A DNA stretch of 46,737 bases from Actinomycetes bacterium (GTDB taxonomy: Bacteria; Actinomycetota; Actinomycetes; Actinomycetales; BWSM-131), in the NCBI GenBank assembly GCA_046566325.1, contig JBKHWX010000094.1:1-46737 (forward strand), in the 5' to 3' direction. Shown piece by piece: positions 40,301 to 46,737 of the stretch. The position numbers were made by a program, and so were the translations under genes. Numbering within the stretch: position 1 is the first letter of the stretch; each line of letters opens with the position of its first letter. The notes beneath the pieces were generated by a model. The model did no database searches, was not told the DNA's origin, and was given only the letters and a program-made list of their open reading frames with translations.

Positions 40301-41092
40301 GACGAATGGTCGACCGAGGTCGACCGGCTGCTGGCCGAGCGCGACGCGAGCGGCGTCCCTTCGCGGGACGTCGGCGTGCCGGCCCACCTATCGGCCTCAC
40401 GGTTCGTCCAGCTCGTGGCCGACCCGGCCGCGCTGGCCGAGCACATCCGCCGGCCCCTGCCTCCCGAGCCCAGGGCGGAGACCCGCCGCGGGACCGCCTT
40501 CCACGCCTGGCTGGAGCAGCGCTTCCGCGCCGAGACGCTGGTCGACCTCGCCGACCTGCCCGGCGCCTCCGACGAGGCCGTCGGGGGGGACGCGGCCCTC
40601 GCACCCCTGCAGGAGGCGTTCCTGCGGTCGGAGTGGGCGACCCGCTCGCCGGTGGCGGTGGAGGTCGCGGTCGAGACGCCGGTCGCCGGCGTCATCGTCC
40701 GCGCCCGCATCGACGCCGTCTTCGCCCGGGACGACGGAGGGTACGACGTCGTGGACTGGAAGACCGGGGCACGGCCGACGGGCAGCCGGGCAGCAGCGGC
40801 CGGGGCCCAGCTTGCGGTGTACCGGCTCGCCTGGGCGCGGCTGCACCAGGTACCGCTGGAGAAGGTGGGAGCGGCCTTCTTCTACGCCTCGACGGGGGAG
40901 ACGGTCAGGCCCGTCGATCCCCTGGACGAGGCCGGGCTGGAGGCAGTCCTCACGGCGTTTCCGCGGGCTTCTGCCCGGGAACCCGGCCGGTCAGCCCGGC
41001 CAGGTGCCGGGACGCCGTCCGGTCGAGAAGGCGGCGCGCATCCTCGATCGACGCGGACGACGGCACCGCCTCGCCCGGGTGGGCAGCCGTGA
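37361..41092 (+). CDS. adnB: AdnB-like helicase-nuclease subunit (UvrD/PcrA-like motor plus RecB-type nuclease)
   Basis: 'VVAGAGSGKTETM', 'LGLTFTRKAAGEL', 'VLLDEYQDTS', 'TAVGDPHQSIYGWRGA' and 'VHAAKGLEWDVV' are present, with the nuclease 'RIDAVFARDDGGYDVVDWKTG...QLAVYRLAW'. GTG 37361 overlaps the adnA stop (GTGA). The last ~47 codons overlap the convergent S8 gene. Confidence 0.9.
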   Translation: MSATEQVLPRASAPGGPQAQRSPLSAADIAARLGQHPPTHEQARVIEAPMGPLLVVAGAGSGKTETMAARVVWLVATGLVAADRVLGLTFTRKAAGELADRVRSRLRQLRAVGGLPWLQDGTGEPGEPTVATYHSYAASLVADHGLRLGVEPGSRLLGEAASWQLAQQVVEGWGPELVAAGRAPSTVVEGLVALSAECAEHLADPQQLGRYLDRVLAAAAALPKDDRGGDACPPRPNSAGGKVVAALAARRRLVPLLLEYTRRKRELEALDFGDQVALAARLARDVPAVAAAERARFDVVLLDEYQDTSHAQLELLRYLFGGGHSVTAVGDPHQSIYGWRGASAGNLDRFRTDFPAQNGTPADVAWLSTSWRNDDAVLDVANVLAAPLHRASTVGVRPLSARPRSGPGRVAVRWFQRVDDEADAVADELADRWRAEDEDVIRGKPRSTMAVLCRKRSQMAGLEEALRARGLPVEVVGLGGLLERPEVVDVVSVLQVLHDPTRGDAVVRLLTGPRWRIGPRDLETLGEWARRVQAARDPARRAGAGDRSPAEGDVVAEGEGPGQGEGPGQGEGPGQGEGPGQGEGPGQGEGPGQGDVTAARDVAAPRDVVDERSIVDALDALPPTSWRGPHGRGFSQAGHARLSALSRELSRLRRRSGLPLPELVTEVERALLLDVELAAVPGTSPSAARAQLDAFTDVAASFAESAERPTLGAFLSWLAAAAVRERGLPQAEEVEDTALATDGVEPSRMAVQLLTVHAAKGLEWDVVAVPGLVEGSFPAGTTSGGEDTAAGWLSGIGTLPYDLRGDASSLPVFGWRSVTSLKHLDNAVQEFKLACGRHEAAEERRLAYVAGTRARHVLLLSGAWWQDGKQPRVPSRFLLEVAAAFGADTRVLVAGLGEKDLAAGPKDAANPRLLAPRRASWPYDPLGARRPAVEQAASHVLAELDRLTADAGTRPGDVVRPPLAAGAGPGLHDDAGSGGPDEWSTEVDRLLAERDASGVPSRDVGVPAHLSASRFVQLVADPAALAEHIRRPLPPEPRAETRRGTAFHAWLEQRFRAETLVDLADLPGASDEAVGGDAALAPLQEAFLRSEWATRSPVAVEVAVETPVAGVIVRARIDAVFARDDGGYDVVDWKTGARPTGSRAAAAGAQLAVYRLAWARLHQVPLEKVGAAFFYASTGETVRPVDPLDEAGLEAVLTAFPRASAREPGRSARPGAGTPSGREGGAHPRSTRTTAPPRPGGQP
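39032..39139 (+). repeat. In-frame tandem repeat, 6 x 18 bp, encoding (GEGPGQ)6 inside AdnB
   Basis: ggggagggccccggacag occurs twice, then ggggagggtcccggacag four times, with no spacer sequence between units. Confidence 0.95.
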
Positions 41093-42659
41093 CGAGGGCC
41101 GAGCGCAGCTGCGCGTCCTCCCCGATCCGGTACGTCAGCTCGCTGACGGCGAGCGGAGGGAGGCGGTCGACCGCCTCCGCTCCCACCTGGAGCAGGTCGG
41201 CCACCACCGACCGCACCTGCGCGGGCTCCAGGTCGGCGAGGACGCCGCCCAGCCGGGCGACGCCGTCCTCGGCCGGAGCAGGGGCAGGTGTCGCGGCCGG
41301 GGACAGCTCGGCCAGCTCGGGCAGGTCGGGCAGACCTGCTCGGAGCAGGCCTTCCGCATCGACGATGCCCGGCCCGAACCCGGAGGCCCAGCCGTGCTCG
41401 TCCCACCCGGGGGGGACCCAGTGGCCGCGCGAGCGCAGCAACGCGAGGAACGCGGCCTGCACGTTCGACCGGCCGTACCGTTCGACGACCCGGTCGTGGC
41501 CGTGGTGGGCGACCCACAGCGCGGCGACGCCCGCGAGAGTCGCGACCGCGAACGAGGTCCCCAAGTGCGGTCCCGAGAAGAACTTGGGCGGACGGCGCAG
41601 GGAGTCGACGCCGGCCGCCCACACGCCCGCACCCGGCGCCGAGATGTCCACCTCCCGGCCGTGGGAGGAGCCCCACCAGGGCTCGTTCGCCGGCGTGGTA
41701 GCCGCCACCGCGAGGCAGTCCCCGTACACCGCGGGCGCGACGACCACGCCGACGAAGTTGCCCGCCGCGGCCATCACGATGACGCCGTCCAGCACCGCCT
41801 CGCGGATCGCCTCCTTGAGCCCGAAGAAGCCCCTGCCGCCGAGCGACATGGTGATGACGTGGCAGCCCCGCTCGTGCGCGACACGCACGGCCCGCGCCAC
41901 GTGGCTGTCGAGCACCAGGACCACGCTGCGGATCGCGCGGATCGGCACGACCAGCGCCTCCGGTGCGCTCCCGGTGACCTGTCCGGGTGGCCGGCTGGCC
42001 ACGACGCTCGCGGTCTCCGTCCCGTGTCCCGGGGTGTCGAGCAGCATCAGCGGACGGCGCTGGAGGGGGTCCCGGGCGTCGTGGTCGTCGTCCAGCACGT
42101 TCCAGTCGAGCAACAGGTCGAGCTCTCCGGCGAGCTCGGGATGGTCGGTGTACCCGGTGTCGACCGAGGCGACGAGCACACCCTTGCCGCGGGCATGGCC
42201 GCCCGGCGGGCTCGGCACGTCCCAGGCCTGCGGTGCACGGACGGCCCTCAGCGACCAGAGCGGGTCCTCGGAGCCCGGTGGGGCCGGCCAGCCCTCGACG
42301 CCGGCGGGGACCGCGTCGACCCCGTACGACGTGGAGGGCAGGTCCGGCTCCACCTCTGCCGGCGGCACACCCGGCGCGGGCGCCGGCAGCGCCTGCAGCA
42401 GGCGCGCGGCGAGGTCGTACGCGACCCGGCTCGTGTCGTACGCCGGCACGGCCGGGGCCGCGCCGGCGACCACCCAGCAGCGTGCGAGCGGCCCGGTGGT
42501 CCCGACCGGGAAGAGTGGCTCGACCGACCACGGCTGGCCGACCTCGTCGACCTCGCCGAGCGACTGCGAGACCGCGTGCCCCAGCGCGGCGGCGATGTCG
42601 TCGTCCGGGCCGGGCCACCGCACGAGCAGCCGGACGCTACCGATGGACGGGTCTGGCAC
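40950..42659 (-). CDS. S8-family (subtilisin-like) serine peptidase without a recognisable signal peptide
   Basis: The catalytic triad contexts are 'VASVDTGY' (Asp), 'GHGTETASVV' (His) and 'GTSFAVATLAGVAAL' (Ser). GTG 42659 has AGGAGG with a 5-nt spacer. The N-terminus VPDPSIGSVRLLVRWPGPDDD has no hydrophobic or cationic leader. Confidence 0.88.
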   Translation of the reverse strand: MPDPSIGSVRLLVRWPGPDDDIAAALGHAVSQSLGEVDEVGQPWSVEPLFPVGTTGPLARCWVVAGAAPAVPAYDTSRVAYDLAARLLQALPAPAPGVPPAEVEPDLPSTSYGVDAVPAGVEGWPAPPGSEDPLWSLRAVRAPQAWDVPSPPGGHARGKGVLVASVDTGYTDHPELAGELDLLLDWNVLDDDHDARDPLQRRPLMLLDTPGHGTETASVVASRPPGQVTGSAPEALVVPIRAIRSVVLVLDSHVARAVRVAHERGCHVITMSLGGRGFFGLKEAIREAVLDGVIVMAAAGNFVGVVVAPAVYGDCLAVAATTPANEPWWGSSHGREVDISAPGAGVWAAGVDSLRRPPKFFSGPHLGTSFAVATLAGVAALWVAHHGHDRVVERYGRSNVQAAFLALLRSRGHWVPPGWDEHGWASGFGPGIVDAEGLLRAGLPDLPELAELSPAATPAPAPAEDGVARLGGVLADLEPAQVRSVVADLLQVGAEAVDRLPPLAVSELTYRIGEDAQLRSALVTAAHPGEAVPSSASIEDARRLLDRTASRHLAGLTGRVPGQKPAETP

Positions 42660-42738
42660 CTCTGCCTCCTGGTTGCTGCTCTGGTCTCCTCGCGAACGCC
42701 CTCGATACGCAGACTGTGCCCCGCCTGTCGGTGCAGGC

Positions 42739-43557
42739 TCAGTCCGGGTGCGGCGCGGCGTCTCGTCGGCCCCGCAGGGCCGCCGCCGCGGACGCCACCA
42801 CGACGAGGCAGATCGCGAACCACTGCCGCGCCACGAGCTGCTCCCCGATCACGAGGCGGCCCGCGAGCGCGGCCATCGCCGGTTCGAGACTCATCAGCAC
42901 GCCGAACACGGCGGTCGGGACCCGCCGCAGCGCCTCGAGCTCGAGCGAGTACGGGATGGCCGACGACAGCAGGGCGACGAGGGCAGAGCCTCCGACCAGG
43001 CCGAGCGTCACCGTGCCCCACAGCGAGACCAGACCGACCGGCGTCGTCACCAGGCTGGCGACGATGAGCGCGACGGCCAGCCCCGAGCTGCCCGGGATCC
43101 GGGCGCCGACGTGTGCGCTGAGCAGGATGTAGCCGGCCCAGAAGGACCCGGCGAGCAGGGCGAACAGCACGCCGACGACGTCGACGTGACCCGTGCCCCC
43201 GCGGGTCAGCAGCGCGATGCCGAGCGCCGCGACGCCGGCGACGGCGAAGTCCGCCCTTCGCCGGGACTGCGCGATGGCCACGCCGAGTGGACCGACGAAC
43301 TCGAACGTGACGGCGATCCCCAGGGGGATGCGGTCGATGGCCTCGTAGAACGACCAGTTCATCGCGGCGAGGCAGACCCCGAACGCGACGACGCTGCGGG
43401 TCGCGAGGTGCCGCAGCGACGGCCGTGCGAGCACGACGACGAGTGGGGTCGCGATGGCGAGCCGGAGGAAGACGACGCCGCCGGGGCCGGCGATCGCGAA
43501 CAGGCCCTTCGCGAACGCGGCGCCGATCTGCACGCTCACGATGCCGCCGAGCACCAT
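42739..43557 (-). CDS. EamA/DMT-superfamily transporter
   Basis: About ten hydrophobic segments are arranged in two EamA-like halves ('IGAAFAKGLF', 'AAMNWSFYEAIDRIPLGIAVTFEFVGPL', 'LLSSAIPYSLELEALRRVPTAVFGVLMSLEPAMAAL'). The start is ATG 43557. The upstream part of the listed ORF is Arg-rich shadow. Confidence 0.85.
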   Translation of the reverse strand: MVLGGIVSVQIGAAFAKGLFAIAGPGGVVFLRLAIATPLVVVLARPSLRHLATRSVVAFGVCLAAMNWSFYEAIDRIPLGIAVTFEFVGPLGVAIAQSRRRADFAVAGVAALGIALLTRGGTGHVDVVGVLFALLAGSFWAGYILLSAHVGARIPGSSGLAVALIVASLVTTPVGLVSLWGTVTLGLVGGSALVALLSSAIPYSLELEALRRVPTAVFGVLMSLEPAMAALAGRLVIGEQLVARQWFAICLVVVASAAAALRGRRDAAPHPD

Positions 43558-43595
43558 GAGGACGCCCTCGTGGTGCCGGCGCGCCTGGCCCCGGC

Positions 43596-44516
43596 TCAGA
43601 GGCGTTCCTCGCCGACGTCCGCGGCGAGGTCGCGCAGCATCTGCGCGGCGTCGTCGACGACAGCCGCGTCGTCCAGCCTGACGCCGTGCAGCAGCCACCG
43701 CGCGAGGGCCAGCTCGCCGGCGAGCCGTGCCCGGAAGGCGAGATGCCGGTCGGGGGGGTCGGCGCGGGTGATCGCGTACGACTCCAGCACGGAGTCCAGG
43801 GCCGCCTCGTCGGCGCCCACGGCGACCCAGGCGAGGTCGTCCGCCGGGTCGGCGACCCGCGCCTTCGACCAGCTCAGCATCCCGGCCACGTCGCCGTCGG
43901 TGACCAGGACGTGCTCGGCCACGAGGTCGCCGTGGACCAGGCACGGCTGGAACTTCCAGCGGCCGACGTCCTCGAGGGCCCTCTCCCAGCGTCCGAGCAG
44001 GCGGGCGGGCACCGACCCGGTGGCGGCGGAGCGGTCCAGCTCGCTCATCCGCCGGTCCCGGTACTCGTCCGCCTCGTACACGGGCAGGCCCGCGTCGTCG
44101 GCGATGCTCCTCGGGGCGTCGTGCAGTGCGGCGAGGGCACGGCCCAGCGCGGCGGCGAGCCCCGGCCCCGGGGTGAGGTCGCCGGGATGCAGGGGTGAGC
44201 CCGGCAGGTACGGGTACACCACGCAGCGGCCGCCCTCGGGCAGCGGCGCCGTCCCGGCAGGCTCGGGCACGGCGAACGGCAACGAGACGCGGCCTGCGTC
44301 GCGCAGGGCCGCGAGCAGCTGCAGCTCGGACTCGAGCAGTGCGCCCGCCGCCGCGCGCCGCGGGGCGCGTACCGTCCAGAGCCGCCCCTGGTCGTCGGTC
44401 ACCACCGCGACGTCGAACTCGTTCCCGCTCACCGCGCCCGGCCTCGTCGCCACCGGTCGGAGGCCGGCCACGGCAGCCGTGGCCAGTGCGGCGAGGACGA
44501 GCGGCGAGCGTGGCAC
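43596..44516 (-). CDS. APH-family phosphotransferase (aminoglycoside/macrolide phosphotransferase-like kinase fold)
   Basis: 'CLVHGDLVAEHVLV' is the Brenner/catalytic loop HGDxxxxN-like motif. 'GMLSWSKARVADPADDLAW' is the DxD-type metal-binding region. Confidence 0.82.
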   Translation of the reverse strand: MPRSPLVLAALATAAVAGLRPVATRPGAVSGNEFDVAVVTDDQGRLWTVRAPRRAAAGALLESELQLLAALRDAGRVSLPFAVPEPAGTAPLPEGGRCVVYPYLPGSPLHPGDLTPGPGLAAALGRALAALHDAPRSIADDAGLPVYEADEYRDRRMSELDRSAATGSVPARLLGRWERALEDVGRWKFQPCLVHGDLVAEHVLVTDGDVAGMLSWSKARVADPADDLAWVAVGADEAALDSVLESYAITRADPPDRHLAFRARLAGELALARWLLHGVRLDDAAVVDDAAQMLRDLAADVGEERL

Positions 44517-44637
44517 GGCGTCAACGGTAGAGGCAGCGCGCGGCGCTCTCGGCAGGGGCGCGCGGGTCCGGCCCGGGTCCCGAGGGCGCCACGGCGTCGT
44601 GGACGGGCCGTGTCCCCTCGTCGCCTACGGTGAGCGC

Positions 44638-45549
44638 ATGCACCCGCGGCTGGCCAACCTGACCCTGTCGCGGTTCGTCCTCGACCGGGCCGCCAGCCGG
44701 CGCACAGACCCCCACCTGCTGTCTGCGCTCTGGGCCGACCCCCGTACGCGGGTCCTGCTCGTCGGCGAGGGTCGCGTCCCCGTGAGGCTCCGGGACGGCG
44801 TCCCTGCGCTCGACCTGCTCCCGCCCGCCGACGTGGGGCAGCCGCCGACGGGCACCTGGGCCTTCCTCGGGGAGGACGCCGAGGGGGTGGGCTACGTGGC
44901 GGTGGCCGTCGACGAGGCCCAGGAGGGGTGGGCGGGCCTGCGGCGGGTGGGCTCGGTGCTCGACGACCTGGAGGCAGGGGTCCTGACGACGGCTGTCGCC
45001 CTGATGGCCTGGCACGGCACGCACACCCACTGTCCTCGCTGCGGGGCGCCGACGGAGGTCACGGCGGCCGGCTGGACGAGGCGGTGCCCCGCCGACGCCT
45101 CCGAGCACTATCCGCGGACGGACCCGGCCGTGATCATGACGGTGGTGGACGACGCGGGGCGGGTGCTGCTTGGCCACAACCCGGCCTGGCCGCAGGGCAG
45201 GTTCTCCACCCTTGCGGGCTTCGTCGAGCCCGGTGAGTCGGTCGAGGCGGCCGTTCGGCGCGAGGTCGGTGAGGAGGTCGGCGTCGTCGTCGGCGCCGTC
45301 GAGTACCTCGGGAGCCAGCCCTGGCCGTTTCCGGCGTCCTTGATGCTGGGGTTCACCGCGAAGGCGCTGGCGACGACGGTGCGCGTGGACGGTGACGAGA
45401 TCTCGTCGGCCCGGTGGTTCACCCGGGACGAGCTGGCGACGAAGGTGGCGAGCGGAGAGGTGCTGCCGCCGTCCGGGCTGTCGATCGCCCGCCGGCTGCT
45501 GGAGCACTGGTACGGGGGCCCGCTCGCGGACGGCCCCGCCACCTGGTGA
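44638..45549 (+). CDS. nudC: NAD(+) diphosphatase (NADH pyrophosphatase)
   Basis: The zinc ribbon is 'HCPRCGAPT...RRCP'. The Nudix box is 'GFVEPGESVEAAVRREVGEEVG'. The NudC signature 'SQPWPFPASLMLGF' follows it. Confidence 0.92.
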   Translation: MHPRLANLTLSRFVLDRAASRRTDPHLLSALWADPRTRVLLVGEGRVPVRLRDGVPALDLLPPADVGQPPTGTWAFLGEDAEGVGYVAVAVDEAQEGWAGLRRVGSVLDDLEAGVLTTAVALMAWHGTHTHCPRCGAPTEVTAAGWTRRCPADASEHYPRTDPAVIMTVVDDAGRVLLGHNPAWPQGRFSTLAGFVEPGESVEAAVRREVGEEVGVVVGAVEYLGSQPWPFPASLMLGFTAKALATTVRVDGDEISSARWFTRDELATKVASGEVLPPSGLSIARRLLEHWYGGPLADGPATW

Positions 45550-45563
45550 CGCCCGCGCGCCCG

Positions 45564-46238
45564 TCAGGCTGTCAGTACGCGCGCCGGGTGCGAGGGCCTG
45601 TCGAAGCGCAGGACGACGTCCGCCCGCTCCTCGGGCCACGTCTCCTCCGCGTAGCGCCGCCACGCGCCGGTCACCCGGACGACGTCCGACCGCGGCAGCC
45701 GGCGCGCGAGGGCCGCGTCGGACACCAGGAGGTGGACCGAGACGTCGAAGGCGTCCGCGGTCTCCCAGCGCAGCAGGAAGGGGCCGTCGACGACGGCGAC
45801 GCTCCCCGGTAGCGCCCGGACGGGCGTGGCCCGCGGAGACCTGTCGGACTCCGGGTCCCAGAACGTCGGCAGGTAGGTGAGGTCACCGCCGGGGCCGAGC
45901 GGGTCGAGCAGCTCGCGGCGCAGGGCGAGGTGGTCCACCCAGCGCTCGTAGCCGACGTCCGGGTCGTCCGGTCCGTGCTCGAGCCGCACCGAGCGGGGTC
46001 TCAGGTAGTCCCCGGTGCTTCCGCGGACGACGGGCCGGCCCGCCTCCCGCACCGCCTCGCCGATGGCGTCCGCGACCAGGGCGGTGTCCGCCGGCACCGC
46101 CCCGTCGACCGCCACGCGGGCGCAGCGAAGCCCGCCGACGTCCGCGTGGGGGTCGGCGAGCCGGATGGCGTGGTCTGCCACCCGGCGCGCGACCTTGAGG
46201 ACGTCGACGGGCTCGAGCCGCACGGGGCGGTGCTGCAA
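45564..46238 (-). CDS. Uridine-kinase-like P-loop-fold protein with a degenerate Walker A
   Basis: 'RVAVDGAVPADTALVADAI' occupies the position of (I/V)xxDGxSGSGKST. The later 'VAVVDGPFLLR...DVSVHLLV' resembles the kinase core. The start is TTG 46238 or GTG 46223. Confidence 0.55.
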   Translation of the reverse strand: MQHRPVRLEPVDVLKVARRVADHAIRLADPHADVGGLRCARVAVDGAVPADTALVADAIGEAVREAGRPVVRGSTGDYLRPRSVRLEHGPDDPDVGYERWVDHLALRRELLDPLGPGGDLTYLPTFWDPESDRSPRATPVRALPGSVAVVDGPFLLRWETADAFDVSVHLLVSDAALARRLPRSDVVRVTGAWRRYAEETWPEERADVVLRFDRPSHPARVLTA

Positions 46239-46264
46239 CGGGGTCGCTCTCGAGGGAGCGGGAG

Positions 46265-46534
46265 TCAGGCGGCGAGCCGCTCCTTGACCTCGGCGAGGCT
46301 GGGGTTGGTCGCGGCGGAGCCGTCGGGGAAGACGACGGTCGGCACGGTCATGTTGCCGCCGTTGACGCTCATCACGAACGACGCGGCCTCGGGCTCGTGC
46401 TCGATGTTCACCTCGGTGTACTCGATCCCCTCACGGTCGAGCGACTTCTTGAGCACTCGGCAGTACCCGCACCAGGTCGTCGAGTACATCGTGATGGTCC
46501 CCGTGGTGGGCTGCTCCGTCGTCGCGGCGGACAT
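46265..46534 (-). CDS. mrx1: Mycoredoxin (glutaredoxin-like, CGYC active site)
   Basis: 'ITMYSTTWCGYCRVLKKSL...VNIEHEPEAASFVMSVNGGNMTVPTVVFPDGS' closely resembles mycobacterial mycoredoxin-1 as I recall it. ATG 46534 has GAAGGAG upstream. The longer listed ORF (to 46708) is unlikely. Confidence 0.9.
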   Translation of the reverse strand: MSAATTEQPTTGTITMYSTTWCGYCRVLKKSLDREGIEYTEVNIEHEPEAASFVMSVNGGNMTVPTVVFPDGSAATNPSLAEVKERLAA

Positions 46535-46562
46535 CCGGTCGGCTCCTTCTGTCGTGGACTGC

Positions 46563-46594
46563 GCGGTTCGTGGTCGAGGCGGTTCGTGGTCGAG
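46563..46594. repeat. Tandem direct repeat, 2 x 16 bp, upstream of mycoredoxin
   Basis: GCGGTTCGTGGTCGAG occurs twice in tandem (46563-46578 and 46579-46594), 29-60 nt upstream of the mrx1 start on the opposite strand. Confidence 0.85.
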
Positions 46595-46709
46595 CGCGGC
46601 TTCACGAGGCACAACAGGGCCGGGCGGGGAAATCATCCCATCTGCGGGAGGAGGCGATGTGGTGCGCGCAACGTCCCGGCAACGTGCCCCGGCGCAGGTC
46701 TCGTTCACC

Positions 46710-46729
46710 GCAGGTCCCCGGGGACCTGC
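46710..46729. promoter_or_regulatory. Perfect 20-bp palindrome GCAGGTCCCCGGGGACCTGC
   Basis: It is self-complementary with no loop. GCAGGTC also occurs at 46694-46700. It lies at the window edge, so context is missing. Confidence 0.4.
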
Positions 46730-46737
46730 CTCCGGGC

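Noticed and set aside
46265-46708. The 147-aa extended version of the mycoredoxin ORF.
   Set aside because: The upstream 58 codons are Pro/Arg-rich and contain the tandem-repeat regulatory region. The internal ATG 46534 has a strong GAAGGAG SD and gives a protein of canonical mycoredoxin length.
1-46737. tRNA, rRNA, known riboswitches, toxin-antitoxin pairs, restriction-modification genes or recognised phage-defence genes.
   Set aside because: Scanning intergenic regions by eye showed no cloverleaf-type T-arm motifs (GGTTCGAATCC-like) and no rRNA-like segments. No small adjacent gene pairs or hallmark defence domains were seen either. Absence cannot be proven without tRNAscan, Infernal or DefenseFinder.

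Overview
This is a very GC-rich actinobacterial chromosomal segment. Third codon positions are almost all G/C, and many long Arg/Pro/Gly-rich shadow ORFs on other frames are artefacts. I support about 40 protein-coding genes, one decayed gene and several repeat or hairpin elements. I found no tRNA, rRNA, CRISPR array, transposase or integrase.

As I recall it, the backbone matches a conserved actinobacterial neighbourhood (M. tuberculosis Rv3198A-Rv3213c). Its order here is ParA-like ATPase, DEAD-box helicase, ferritin-like protein, DUF3107, TetR, MoeZ, MGMT-like protein, AdnA, AdnB, NudC and mycoredoxin. The left third of the window holds housekeeping and stress genes:
- Dps
- acyl-CoA dehydrogenase
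- an O-methyltransferase
- a DmpA-type peptidase
- a PLP-dependent dehydratase
- aminopeptidase P
- a large-subunit catalase
- MaoC, NUDIX and PHP proteins

Most noteworthy observations:
1. An accessory block sits between TetR and MoeZ. It contains a SulP anion transporter and a 1,491-aa P-type ATPase, interleaved with three small membrane proteins that look like paralogs.
2. The first ~610 residues of that ATPase look like a catalytically dead, duplicated P-type ATPase module with a cysteine-less HMA-like domain.
3. A GH6 cellulase remnant is frameshifted and ends right after its Pro/Thr linker. It is bracketed in inverted orientation by two copies of a ~70-bp palindromic repeat.
4. A leaderless-looking S8 (subtilisin-type) peptidase has no signal peptide and overlaps the 3' end of adnB by 143 bp.
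5. Several genes, including adnA, adnB and a histidine kinase, carry perfect in-frame tandem repeats.
6. An HK-RR-DUF4097 envelope-stress-type module is translationally coupled.

All functional calls come from reading motifs in the supplied translations. No database search was run.
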